Below are positions 9,487 through 18,250 of a DNA stretch of 64,000 bases, piece by piece. This stretch comes from an uncultured Candidatus Entotheonella sp. Its GTDB lineage: Bacteria > Tectomicrobia > Entotheonellia > Entotheonellales > Entotheonellaceae. Every line of letters begins with the position of its first letter. Positions within the stretch are counted from its first letter, which is position 1. Under the pieces are notes generated by a model that was not told the DNA's origin, ran no database searches, and saw only the letters and a program-made list of their open reading frames with translations. The stretch lies in the NCBI GenBank assembly GCA_965217185.1, contig OZ244252.1, positions 3,328,001-3,392,000 of the forward strand, read 5' to 3'. Both the position numbers and the translations under genes were made by a program.

Positions 9487-10701
9487 ATGCCGACGACTGT
9501 GGACTTCCCAACCCTTGTGAAACAAGCATTGGCCCTTTTCGGCGATGTCTTTGACAACGAACCCGCCCGGCGGCATTTTGCTGAGTATCTCACCGGTTTG
9601 ATGGTGGCAGAGCGTAAAAACATCAGCGCCATCAATCGCCAATTTGCCGTTACGACGGATCAATCCTGCCTCAATCGCTGGCTGGTCGAGGCGTCTTGGG
9701 ACGCGGCGGTGCTCAACGACCGCCGTCTGGCCTGGTTGCAGGACAACCCGAAGACCCGCTACAGCCCTCACGGCGTCATTGCCATTGATAATACCCTGGT
9801 CGATCACAGCGGCAAGCTCATCGAGGATGTCGGCTGGTTGTGGGACCATGCCCAGCAGCGCCACGTCATCGCCCACGACTACCTGATTTCCAACTACGTC
9901 TGTCCCTCGGGCAGCCATTATCCGATCGAATGGCGACGGTTCAGGAAAAAGGACAGCTGCCCGTCCGAGGCGTTCAAGGATCACACGACGCTGTGTCTCG
10001 ACTTGATTGACGATGTCCTTTCACGGGACATTCCCGGCGATGTCACCTTTGACAGCTATTTCACCCACGCCAAGATACTGAACCATCTTCATGCCAAGCA
10101 GCGCCATTATGTGGGCGCCTTGAAACTCAACCGCAAAGTGGTCTTTGAGGGCCGAGAACAGAAGCTGCAAGAAGTGGCTGGCCAGATACCCTTTGCAGAC
10201 AAGAAAGCGGTGCGTGTGGGCAAGCGTTGCGACTGGTATTTCAGCAAACGGATGCGCCTTGCGACGCTGAGTCACCCGGTTCGCATCGTGTTGTTTTGGA
10301 AGGACCGTTTTGCGACTGAGGCGAGCAAGGCCTTGGTGAGCAACCGGGTGGTTTGGGAGGTACTTCGCATGTTGAGGGTGTACCGCCATCGTTGGACGGG
10401 CACCGAGACCTTTCATCGGGACGGCAAGCAGCAATTGGGGCTAGGAGATTGTCAGGTGCGCAGCGGCAAGGGCCAGACCCGCCACGTGTATCTTGTCAGC
10501 GCCGCGTACAGTCTTCTGATGCACGCCATGCACGCGAGCGGTCCGCATGAATGGACTCGTCGAACGCTGACGACGATTGGCGAAGCCTGTCGGGCGGTGA
10601 AGGGAGAACTTCTCGAACGCTTGGTGGACTGGATTGTGGACAAACTAAGCGATGACGACTGGTCCATGTCACAGATTAAGGCTGTCTTGGCTCAGGCGTG
10701 A
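9487..10701 (+). CDS. IS701-family transposase, apparently intact
   Basis: FAEYLTGL..ERKNIS, IAIDNT, TFDSYF and YRHRWTGTETFHRDGKQQLGLGDCQVRS; GGAGG RBS upstream. Confidence 0.88.
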   Translation: MPTTVDFPTLVKQALALFGDVFDNEPARRHFAEYLTGLMVAERKNISAINRQFAVTTDQSCLNRWLVEASWDAAVLNDRRLAWLQDNPKTRYSPHGVIAIDNTLVDHSGKLIEDVGWLWDHAQQRHVIAHDYLISNYVCPSGSHYPIEWRRFRKKDSCPSEAFKDHTTLCLDLIDDVLSRDIPGDVTFDSYFTHAKILNHLHAKQRHYVGALKLNRKVVFEGREQKLQEVAGQIPFADKKAVRVGKRCDWYFSKRMRLATLSHPVRIVLFWKDRFATEASKALVSNRVVWEVLRMLRVYRHRWTGTETFHRDGKQQLGLGDCQVRSGKGQTRHVYLVSAAYSLLMHAMHASGPHEWTRRTLTTIGEACRAVKGELLERLVDWIVDKLSDDDWSMSQIKAVLAQA

Positions 10702-10737
10702 CCGGGTAGAAGGCAAAATGCAAAACTCCAGTTATTA

Positions 10738-12220
10738 GAGCCACTTGCAAAACTCCAATTCGACGTCGAGAGCGAAGCTCATGGCCTTTGATAGTTGGCA
10801 GTTTTTGGCTCTGATACGCTGTTGGGCCGCCTGTGGCGCTTCACCTCGGTGACCATCCTGCGACGATGAAGCCCCTTGGCCTGTGAATGGCCAGACCTCT
10901 GCCTTGCATCCCCGGCGGGAGCGTGCAGCCTCTGTAACAGATGGATGGAACCAAGTCGGTTTCAGGCCAGTAGCCGGACCAACTGCGCCACCGTCAGCGC
11001 AAGAATGCCGAACATCAGGTGGCACAAAACCTTGGCGTGGCCACGCACACGTACCTGACGGCCACCAAAGTCGTCCTTGAGACGACCATTGACGCGCTCC
11101 ACGGTTGAGCGCTCACGGTAGCGTAAGCGTTCGCAGGAGACGTGGCCAAGGCTGCGCTGGGCCTTTGCCTCCGCAGTCAGTTGCCGCTTGCGCAGTACTA
11201 CGGGGGTTAACGTCGATGATCGCAACATGCCCCATTGAGGCGCTGTGCGCTCTGATCTCGGGCGCATCATAGGCCGAGTCCATCAAGTCATAGAGGTTGG
11301 TGACCCGGGCGACCGTCATCGTCGCCAAGGGAATCGCTGCCTGGCTGTCGTGCAGCGAGGCCGAAGTCAGGATGCAACTGAGCGGAATGCCGCCATCGGC
11401 CGCGTCGATATGCAACTTGTAGCCGCTCCAGGATGCCTGATAGCCCTTGGCGCCTCGCTTGACGCCGACATCAGGGGCGCGTGGCAGATCGTCGAGCATC
11501 TCCGGCAGGGTCATCCGCAGTTGGCGCTCCAGGCGGCGCGACGCCTTGGGCCGTTGCTCGCCCTTGCGCGGACGACCGCGCCGCCGTTTCGGGGTGGCCG
11601 ATGGCTTCGGCGTTGGTTTCTCGCGTCCTTCAATCGCCGTCGAATCGCGCGACACGTGACCGACCAAGTGATCCCGCAGGGTCTTGTCGATCAGCGCCTC
11701 GTGCAGGCGGCTCGGCAAGGCGCTGTCAGCGAAGGCAGTGAAGGCACGCGAGAACGTCGCCTCGCTGGGGACCTCCTCGGCCCGGCTCCAGCCACACAGG
11801 CGACGCAGCGGGGAGTCGATGGCCAGACGTTCAACGAGCGCCCGGGTGGTCGTGATGGCGAACACCGCCTTGGCGATGAAGGCGCGTGCCAGCGCCGCAC
11901 GGTCCTCCTGCGGGCGCCCCGGCAGGCCACGCAAGCACGTCAGGAATTGTTCCACCTGCACGAAGCCGAGCACCGTGACGAACAACTCGTAGCGCTCTCC
12001 CAAAGGGCCGAGTTCTTCTTCGAGTGCAGGGAACAGCTCTCGTTGAAAGGCGAAGCCATAATTCGATAGGATGGTACGCAGGGACATGGTCGTTTTCTCC
12101 CTCATGTGGTGGTTACACACAGCACACAACACATGATATCGGGTAGAGACGGCCTGTCCCGTTAAGCCAACCCATTACCCTCAATAATTCCCCATGACTC
12201 CACAGTTTTGCAAAAGGCTC
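10738..12220 (-). mobile_element. IS5/IS1182-like element, 1483 bp
   Basis: IRs GAGCCACTTGCAAAACT and AGTTTTGCAAAAGGCTC; ATTA is duplicated at 10734-10737 and 12221-12224. Confidence 0.88.
10962..12087 (-). pseudogene. Frameshifted DDE transposase (IS5/IS1182-like)
   Basis: PSEATFSRAF, DSTAIE, GYKLH, HDSQ and MDSAYD in one frame; RYRERSTVERVNGRLKD in another. Frameshift near 11195 by comparison with the copy at 27.1-28.1 kb. Confidence 0.85.
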
Positions 12221-12233
12221 ATTAGAGATGCCC

Positions 12234-12412
12234 TAAAGGTCTCTTGATGAGTGGGATGACCTGAGCAATTGCCCAAAGGTAACGAGAACCGGCTTATACA
12301 GTTCGCAGGCAAGAGGCAAGATGTCGGGGTAATGCTGCCCCGCAGATAGGGTTATCCATACCTCCTTCTCGGTTTGATAATCAGCGAATAATTTATCCTT
12401 ATAGGACACCAA
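12234..12412 (-). pseudogene. 5' fragment of a gene resembling a BstEII-like type II restriction endonuclease (transposon cargo)
   Basis: GAGG RBS plus TTG/GTG start, then SYKDKLFADYQTEKEVWITLSAGQHYPDILPLACELYKPVLVTFGQLLRSSHSSRDL, cut off by the IS5-A end. The family call is from recollection and needs BLAST. Confidence 0.6.
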
Positions 12413-12445
12413 AGTTTCCTCGTTTTTTTGCCAACCTCTTATAGC

Positions 12446-13733
12446 GGGCGCCTCGAAAAATGACTCACTGGCGGGCAAAACTGGCGTGAGTGGTCCTATC
12501 GCGTGATGTCGGTAGAGAATGAACGGCGGTTGGCGCGGTGATGTCGCTCCCCGACAAGAGCCATGGCGCTTTCAATGAGGGCGTCCCACGCCCTGCTGCA
12601 CCCTTTAGCGTGAATCCACCATCGCCAGACGTTGCAAGTGAACCAGGCGACGCCTGTTGTAGGCAAGGTTCTTGAGACCTATCCGCGCGCTCGCCCGTAC
12701 AAGACCGATGCTGCGAACCAACGTCCCGCCCACGTCGTTTTGCTGCGCCCTGAAGACATGCTCTACCCGTGCTCGAAACCGTGAACGACTCTGGTTGCCC
12801 GCCTTCTCCCAATCACACAGCGGACGGTTGCGATAGCCCTTGCGATGAATCCGACTCGTCAAGCCCCCTTTCCTTGACCTTCTCCTCAATGGCTTTGGAC
12901 CGGTAGGCGCTGTCCGCCCAGACGCCGCTTGCCGTGTTGTCCGACGTAAGCAGTTCATCAACCCCTTGGCTGTCGTGCACCGCCGCGTCCGTCACCCGGT
13001 AACGCCGGATCAGTTTGTGCCGACGGTCGATGCTGACGTGATTCTTGTCGCCATAGTGGCTCTTGCCATGCTTCTTCGTCCAGCGCGCATCCGTATCCTT
13101 TTGCCGACGCTTGGCCGCCTTGTCGGCCCAGGCCGCGGGCATCTCACCGCGCTTGATCTGCTCATTGTCGCCACGACGATTGCGTTGAATGGGAACCGCG
13201 ACAATCGAGGCATCGATGATCTGGCCGCCCATGGCCCGGTAGCCCTGGCTTTTCAGATAGCCGTCGAAATCCTCAAACAAGGCCTCCATGAGGCCAGCCT
13301 GTGACAACTGCTCGCGGTAGAGCCACACCGTCTTGGCGTCGGGCACCTTGTCTTCAAGCGCCAGCCCCAGAAAGCGCACGAAGGACAGGCGGTCACGCAT
13401 CTGATACTCGACCTGGTCATCCGACAGATTGTAGAGGGCGCACAAAATGATCGCTTTGAACATGACGATGGCGTCCCACGGCTTGCACCCCGCATTGGAC
13501 TTACGCTTGTCGGGCGGCTTGCGCCAGACGTTTTCCAGGCGGCTGCGGAAGGCTTCCCAGGGAACGACGGCATTGATCTTCACCAGGGGGTCATGCTTGG
13601 CATCCAGAGCGGCGTAGCGATTCTCGACATCGAAAAAGCCCATCTGAGCCATGTTCAACTCCTCCGGCCTGTTGGTTAACGTGTCTCTGTGATTCTAAAC
13701 CACGTGGGAAGATGAGTATTATTAGAGATGCCC
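12446..13733 (-). mobile_element. IS5-family element copy B, 1288 bp
   Basis: Ends GGGCGCCTCGAAAAA (12446) and TTATTAGAGATGCCC (13733); transposase is closely similar to, but not identical with, copy A. Confidence 0.9.
12605..13658 (-). pseudogene. IS5-family transposase with a frameshift
   Basis: An extra G in the GAAAGGGGG run near 12865 moves the C-terminus (LTSRIHRKG...RVEHVF) into another frame; YGYK has become YGDK. Confidence 0.88.
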
Positions 13734-14635
13734 TGTATATGCGCCGCTCTTCTCTCCGTGAGCGCGTGACCCTCTGGGAGTTTAATGCGTCGGATGATGT
13801 CGTGGGTCAGCACTCCGACCGCCTCCAGGTCAATATTGGCGGCATGTTCAAAGGCCGCTCGGCCCTCTGGATACTCGTCCAGCAGCTTGTAGCATAAAGG
13901 CTTGAAGAAGGCTCCATGCCTGGCCGGTTGGTCGAGCCGAACGTGGTGTTTTCCATGGTCTCGGAAATGACTGATCCAAGCTGGCTTTATTTGCCCGTCT
14001 TGGCCGAAGCATTTGTTGAGACCCCGGTCCTCATATTCACATCCCATGCTCGAACCGTTGTCGTAAAATGGAGCCATTCGATCGCCGGATGGAGACACGA
14101 TGATAGCCCAGTTCTCAGCATGGCGGTCCGTGTTGGATATGAGTGTATCCAATGCGAAAGCCCGAGACCAGAACTCCATGAAATCGATCCTGCTGATGCC
14201 ATATCTCTGGGAGATCACTTGGTCGTACACGCGGAGGAGCAAAGGGAACGTGTGCCGTTGTCCTTCGTCCACGTCAAATTCGGGATCAACCTCTTTGCAG
14301 AGCTGCCAACCTTCAATAAATTGTTCCTTATCTTCAGCGTCGGCCTGATAAATATAGCGGAGGAGGTTTCCTGGGCTCCCTTTGTGGATACCTAAAGATA
14401 CATGCTGAACATCCCAACCTAACAGGTCGCCCGCAATAAACGAACCAAGAAGCTCTGACCAGATCTGGTGCTCACGTTGACTCTTGGGATACTTGAAAAT
14501 GAAGTGGGCGCCATCGCGAATGAGGGTGCGCTTCACCCTTGAACCGGGAGGGCGCTCTTCAGCGACTTCCCACGTATCCAAATCGCCTTCGACCTCCAGG
14601 GAAATATGGGTGAAGTTTTCCATAGGACTCGACAT
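13676..14635 (-). CDS. HipA/HipT-like Ser/Thr kinase with its native C-terminus displaced by the transposon
   Basis: PPGSRVK loop, FIFKYPK, SELLG, catalytic DTLISNTDRHAENWA and APFYDNGSS. The last 18 residues come from IS sequence (13676-13733). Confidence 0.85.
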   Translation of the reverse strand: MSSPMENFTHISLEVEGDLDTWEVAEERPPGSRVKRTLIRDGAHFIFKYPKSQREHQIWSELLGSFIAGDLLGWDVQHVSLGIHKGSPGNLLRYIYQADAEDKEQFIEGWQLCKEVDPEFDVDEGQRHTFPLLLRVYDQVISQRYGISRIDFMEFWSRAFALDTLISNTDRHAENWAIIVSPSGDRMAPFYDNGSSMGCEYEDRGLNKCFGQDGQIKPAWISHFRDHGKHHVRLDQPARHGAFFKPLCYKLLDEYPEGRAAFEHAANIDLEAVGVLTHDIIRRIKLPEGHALTERRAAHIQGISNNTHLPTWFRITETR

Positions 14636-14676
14636 GTCCGACTCAATAGCGCCTGTGCGGGGCCGTTCCAGGTGGA

Positions 14677-15381
14677 TCACCCACGCGGCTTCACCAGCAT
14701 CAGGTAGCAAACCGCCGCAATGCCCGCCGAGCCGAACGTCATGCACATCACCATAATCTGGTAGCGCACCGCGATCAGCGGCGACACCCCCGACAGGATC
14801 TGGCCGGTCATCATGCCCGGCAGAGCCACCAGGCCGACGGCGAAGAGCGAGTTGACCAGCGGGATGAACGCTGCCTCCAGGGCCGTGCGGCGCGCCAGCT
14901 CGTAGGGCGCTTGGTTTGCGGTTTCCGCCTCGAAGCGCTCCGCCGCCAGGCTCACGGTGTTCATGGCGTTGGAGAAGATCATGCCGCCCAGGGGCACCAT
15001 GTAGCGCGGCTCAAACCAGGGATCGAGCGCCAGCACGCCCTGGCTGACCAGTGCCAGCGTCAAGCCGCCGCCGAGCGCCATGGAGCCCAGCGCCTTGGCG
15101 TAGCGCTGCCGCCGGTTGCCCGGCAGGGGGCGCAGGGCGATCCAGCTGGCGGCGATCAGCATGACGGCCAGCACCAGGATGACGAGGCCGGCGTGCCGGG
15201 TCTCGAAAATGTACGTCAGCACATAGCCGACCAGCAGCAACTGCAACAGCATGCGCGCCATGGCGTACAGCGTGGTGCCGACGCCCAGCGACCAGCGATA
15301 CAGCAGCACCACCACGACCGCCACCGGCAGAAAGACGAGCGCTAGCTGGGCGATAGGAATCAGTTGTACGGAGCTATTCAT
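14677..15381 (-). CDS. UPF0014/FetB(YbbM)-like ABC transporter permease
   Basis: RMLLQLLLVGYVL, PRYMVPLGGMIFSNAMN, VGLVALPGMMTGQILSG and AVRYQIMV. Confidence 0.88.
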   Translation of the reverse strand: MNSSVQLIPIAQLALVFLPVAVVVVLLYRWSLGVGTTLYAMARMLLQLLLVGYVLTYIFETRHAGLVILVLAVMLIAASWIALRPLPGNRRQRYAKALGSMALGGGLTLALVSQGVLALDPWFEPRYMVPLGGMIFSNAMNTVSLAAERFEAETANQAPYELARRTALEAAFIPLVNSLFAVGLVALPGMMTGQILSGVSPLIAVRYQIMVMCMTFGSAGIAAVCYLMLVKPRG

Positions 15382-15387
15382 AAGCGC

Positions 15388-16596
15388 TCAACAGCAGCCG
15401 TTGAAGGTGGCGCCAGCCAGCGGCGCCCGGTCCGGCTCCCAGCCCCAGGGCCGCGGCCCCCAATCCGGCTCGAAGACCTGCCCCCGTTTGACCGTCAGCA
15501 CCGGCACGAAGGCCCGCTGCACCGGCAGACTGGCACCCAGCACGTCGTACACCACCCACTCGCCCTCCCGGATATCCAGCACCGAAATATCGGCTTGGCG
15601 CCCCACGCCCAGGCTGCCCAGGCGGTGCTCGGCGCCGATGGCCTTGGCCGGGTTTTCGGTGCACATGGTCACCACTTGCTCCAGGGTGAAGCCGAGGGCA
15701 AGGAAGCGGCTCATCATCTCCGTCATGCTGTGGACGGTGATACGGCGTCCCGGCACCGTGAGATCGGTGCTGATGCAGTGCGGCAGCAGGCCCTGATCGA
15801 TAATGCGGCGGCCCACGTCGAAGCTGAAGTTCATGCGCCCGTGAGCCGTGTCGAGCCAGACGCCGCGATTGGCCGCCTCGCGCGCTTCGGGCACCAGCTT
15901 GCCGTTGGCGTCGAGCACGCCGCCGGGGTTGGCGGTGAAGTAATGGGTGAGGATGTCGCCGTCGTCCAGCAGCGGCAGCAGTTCGCGGATGACGTTGGGG
16001 TCATAGCGCTTCTCGGTATCGCCGATGTGGACCATCAGCCGGGTGCCGCTTTCGCGTGCCGCGCGCCGCGCCAGGCGGGGCATCTCCATGCCGAAGATCT
16101 CCAGCGCCGGCGACACCATGCGGGCCTTGATGCCGTGGATCAGCCCGCGGTTCTGGTCCACCGTCTCAAGCGTGCCGTCGAGGTCGATGCTGCTTTCCGC
16201 CACGATGTCGGGCATGGTGGCCAGGCCGGTCTGGCAGATGTGCAGGAAGGGAATGATCTCGGTATGGCACTGCGGCATGATGTAGCGGGGAAAGGCGCTG
16301 AAGGTAGCGCACCCGGAACTACCGGCATCGACCACCGTAGTGACGCCCGAATGCACCCCGCCAAGATCGGGATGCACGCCGTTGCTGATGACGCCGTCGA
16401 AGACGTGGGCGTGCAGGTCGATGAGGCCCGGCGTGACCGTGCGCCCGGACACGTCGATGACTCGCGTCGCCTCGTCGCCCGCAATGAGGGGTGCAATGTG
16501 GGCAATCTTGCCGTCCTGAACGGCGATGTCGTGCCGCCCGCTCAGCCCGACGGATGGGTCGACAACCGTGCCTCCTGTCAGCAACAGATCGTACAT
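15388..16596 (-). CDS. Amidohydrolase/deacetylase family metallohydrolase (dihydroorotase-like)
   Basis: PGLIDLHAHV, GVTTVVDAGSSG, MVHIGD, DILTH, DTAHG, ISTDL and GRQADISV. Confidence 0.9.
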   Translation of the reverse strand: MYDLLLTGGTVVDPSVGLSGRHDIAVQDGKIAHIAPLIAGDEATRVIDVSGRTVTPGLIDLHAHVFDGVISNGVHPDLGGVHSGVTTVVDAGSSGCATFSAFPRYIMPQCHTEIIPFLHICQTGLATMPDIVAESSIDLDGTLETVDQNRGLIHGIKARMVSPALEIFGMEMPRLARRAARESGTRLMVHIGDTEKRYDPNVIRELLPLLDDGDILTHYFTANPGGVLDANGKLVPEAREAANRGVWLDTAHGRMNFSFDVGRRIIDQGLLPHCISTDLTVPGRRITVHSMTEMMSRFLALGFTLEQVVTMCTENPAKAIGAEHRLGSLGVGRQADISVLDIREGEWVVYDVLGASLPVQRAFVPVLTVKRGQVFEPDWGPRPWGWEPDRAPLAGATFNGCC

Positions 16597-16724
16597 GTCG
16601 TGTCTCCTTGTTTCGGCGCCGGGCGCCGGGATTCGTAAGGTGTCGTATTATGATGGGATTCACGGCACAGGGGCAAGGTTGTTGTCTGGCGGCGGGCGCT
16701 GCGCCGCCGCGGGGGAGAGGATTG

Positions 16725-18191
16725 ATGGAACTCGGAGACATCACGGACGTGGGCGTAGTGGGGGCCGGCACCATGGGCGCGGGCATCGCCCAGGTATTCG
16801 CGCAGGCTGGGTACACCGTGCGGTGGTACAACCGCTCGTCGGCAGGGCTGCAACGCGGTTTATCGCGCATCCGGGACAATCAGAGCCTGCTGATCCGCCA
16901 CGGGGTGCTGACGGCAGGCCAGGCGGAGGCGACACTGGCGCGGCTGCATCCGACCGAGGCGTTGGCCGACTTGGCCGGCGTGCAGTTGGTATCGGAGTCC
17001 ATCGCCGAGGACTTGCCGGCCAAGCAGGCGTTGTTCAAGGCGCTTGACAGGTTATGCGGCGGCGCGACGATTTTCACCACCAACACCTCGGGCCTGTCCA
17101 TCTCGCGCATCGCCGAGGCGGTGTCGCAGCCGGGGCGTTTCGCGGGGTTACACTACGCCAATCCGCCCCATATCATTCCCATCGTCGAAATCATCAAAGG
17201 AGAAGAAACGTCCGCTGCCACCTGCGAAGTGCTGACGGCCTTGGCGCGGCGCCTGGGCAAACGCCCGGTGCTCGTGCGGCGCGAGGTGCCGGGATTCATC
17301 GCCAACCGGCTGCAATTTGCGCTCCTGCGCGAAGCGCTGCACCTCATCGAAGCCGGTGTTGCGTCGGCTGCCGACGTAGACGCGGCGATTAAGCACGGCA
17401 TCGGCCTGCGCTGGGCGCTCTTCGGCCCGCTGGAGATCGCCGACCTCGGCGGCCTGGACGTGTTCGACGCCATCGCCGGCTATCTGTTTCAGGACCTGAA
17501 CAGCGCCGCCGAGGTGCCGTCGGTTCTGCATCGACGGGTGGCCGAAGGGCGGCTCGGGGTCAAGAGCGGCAGCGGTTTCTATACGTACACGCCGGAACAA
17601 GGGCAGTCACTCGCGGCGCGCCGCGACGAGGCGCTGCTGGCGCTGTTGCGTGTGAAGCAGCAAGCGGAAGAGACGGCTCCCATGAGCGGCATTCGGCCTG
17701 AGGCCGCCGGCGATATCGCCGCCATCCGCCGGGTGCACGCCGAGGCGTTTGGGCGGCCGGATGAGGCCAGCCTGGTCGATGCCCTGCGGGCCGTCGGCGC
17801 GTTGCGTATTGGATTGGTGGCCGTCGAGGACGGCACGGTCGTCGGGCATATCGCCTTCAGCCCGGTATTTATCCGGGGCGGCACGAGCACCCTCAACGCC
17901 CTGGGGCTGGCGCCGATGGCGGTGTTGCCGGGACGGCAGCGCCGCGGCATCGGTTCGCGGCTCGCGCGGGCAGGACTGGCGGCCTGCGGCGAAACGCCGT
18001 ACGGCCTCGTCTTCGTGCTCGGCGCCCCGCAGTTTTATGGGCGCTTCGGTTTCAAGCCGGCCAAGCCCTTGGGCATCACCTGGGAACACGCCGGGCCGCC
18101 GGACGCCTTCATGGTTCAGGCGCTGAAGCGGGGCGCCCTGGGCGGCATTCACGGCGTCGTGGCGTACCGGCCGGAATTCGATGGTTTGTAA
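16725..18191 (+). CDS. 3-hydroxyacyl-CoA dehydrogenase in frame with a YhbS-like GNAT N-acetyltransferase (GNAT part from 17682)
   Basis: VVGAGTMGAGIA, ESIAEDL..KQ, TNTSGL, HYANPPH, PGFIANRLQ and GPLE..DLGGLD; then MSGIRPE, VVGHIAFSP, LAPMAVLPGRQRRGIGSRL and FYGRFGF. No stop between the two parts. Confidence 0.85.
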   Translation: MELGDITDVGVVGAGTMGAGIAQVFAQAGYTVRWYNRSSAGLQRGLSRIRDNQSLLIRHGVLTAGQAEATLARLHPTEALADLAGVQLVSESIAEDLPAKQALFKALDRLCGGATIFTTNTSGLSISRIAEAVSQPGRFAGLHYANPPHIIPIVEIIKGEETSAATCEVLTALARRLGKRPVLVRREVPGFIANRLQFALLREALHLIEAGVASAADVDAAIKHGIGLRWALFGPLEIADLGGLDVFDAIAGYLFQDLNSAAEVPSVLHRRVAEGRLGVKSGSGFYTYTPEQGQSLAARRDEALLALLRVKQQAEETAPMSGIRPEAAGDIAAIRRVHAEAFGRPDEASLVDALRAVGALRIGLVAVEDGTVVGHIAFSPVFIRGGTSTLNALGLAPMAVLPGRQRRGIGSRLARAGLAACGETPYGLVFVLGAPQFYGRFGFKPAKPLGITWEHAGPPDAFMVQALKRGALGGIHGVVAYRPEFDGL

Positions 18192-18250
18192 ATCGGATGG
18201 GCAGCATCTAAAATGGGCAGCAACCAAATCCAAAACAAGAGGAGTGAGGC

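Larger units (their letters stand above)
8165..10732 (+). mobile_element. IS701-family element containing a nested IS4-family element
   Basis: Ends ACTGAGGTTTTGCA and TGCAAAACTCCAGT are imperfect inverted repeats; TATT is duplicated at 8161-8164 and 10733-10736. Confidence 0.8.
6889..12233 (-). mobile_element. IS5-family element copy A, terminal repeat split by nested insertions
   Basis: Body at 6889-8164; the rest of the terminal repeat, (ATTA)GAGATGCCC, reappears at 12221-12233. Compare the intact GAGTATTATTAGAGATGCCC end of copy B. Confidence 0.85.
6889..13733. mobile_element. Composite transposon bounded by two directly oriented IS5-family elements
   Basis: Outer ends GGGCACCTCGAAAAA (6889) and TTATTAGAGATGCCC (13733) are imperfect inverted repeats. 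TGTA is duplicated at 6885-6888 and 13734-13737, and the flanks are two halves of one gene. Confidence 0.9.

Noticed and set aside
12855..12875. Programmed frameshift in the IS5-B transposase
   Set aside because: Copy A reads through this region in one frame and B has one extra G in a homopolymer; B also carries a YGYK to YGDK change, consistent with decay or a sequencing error.
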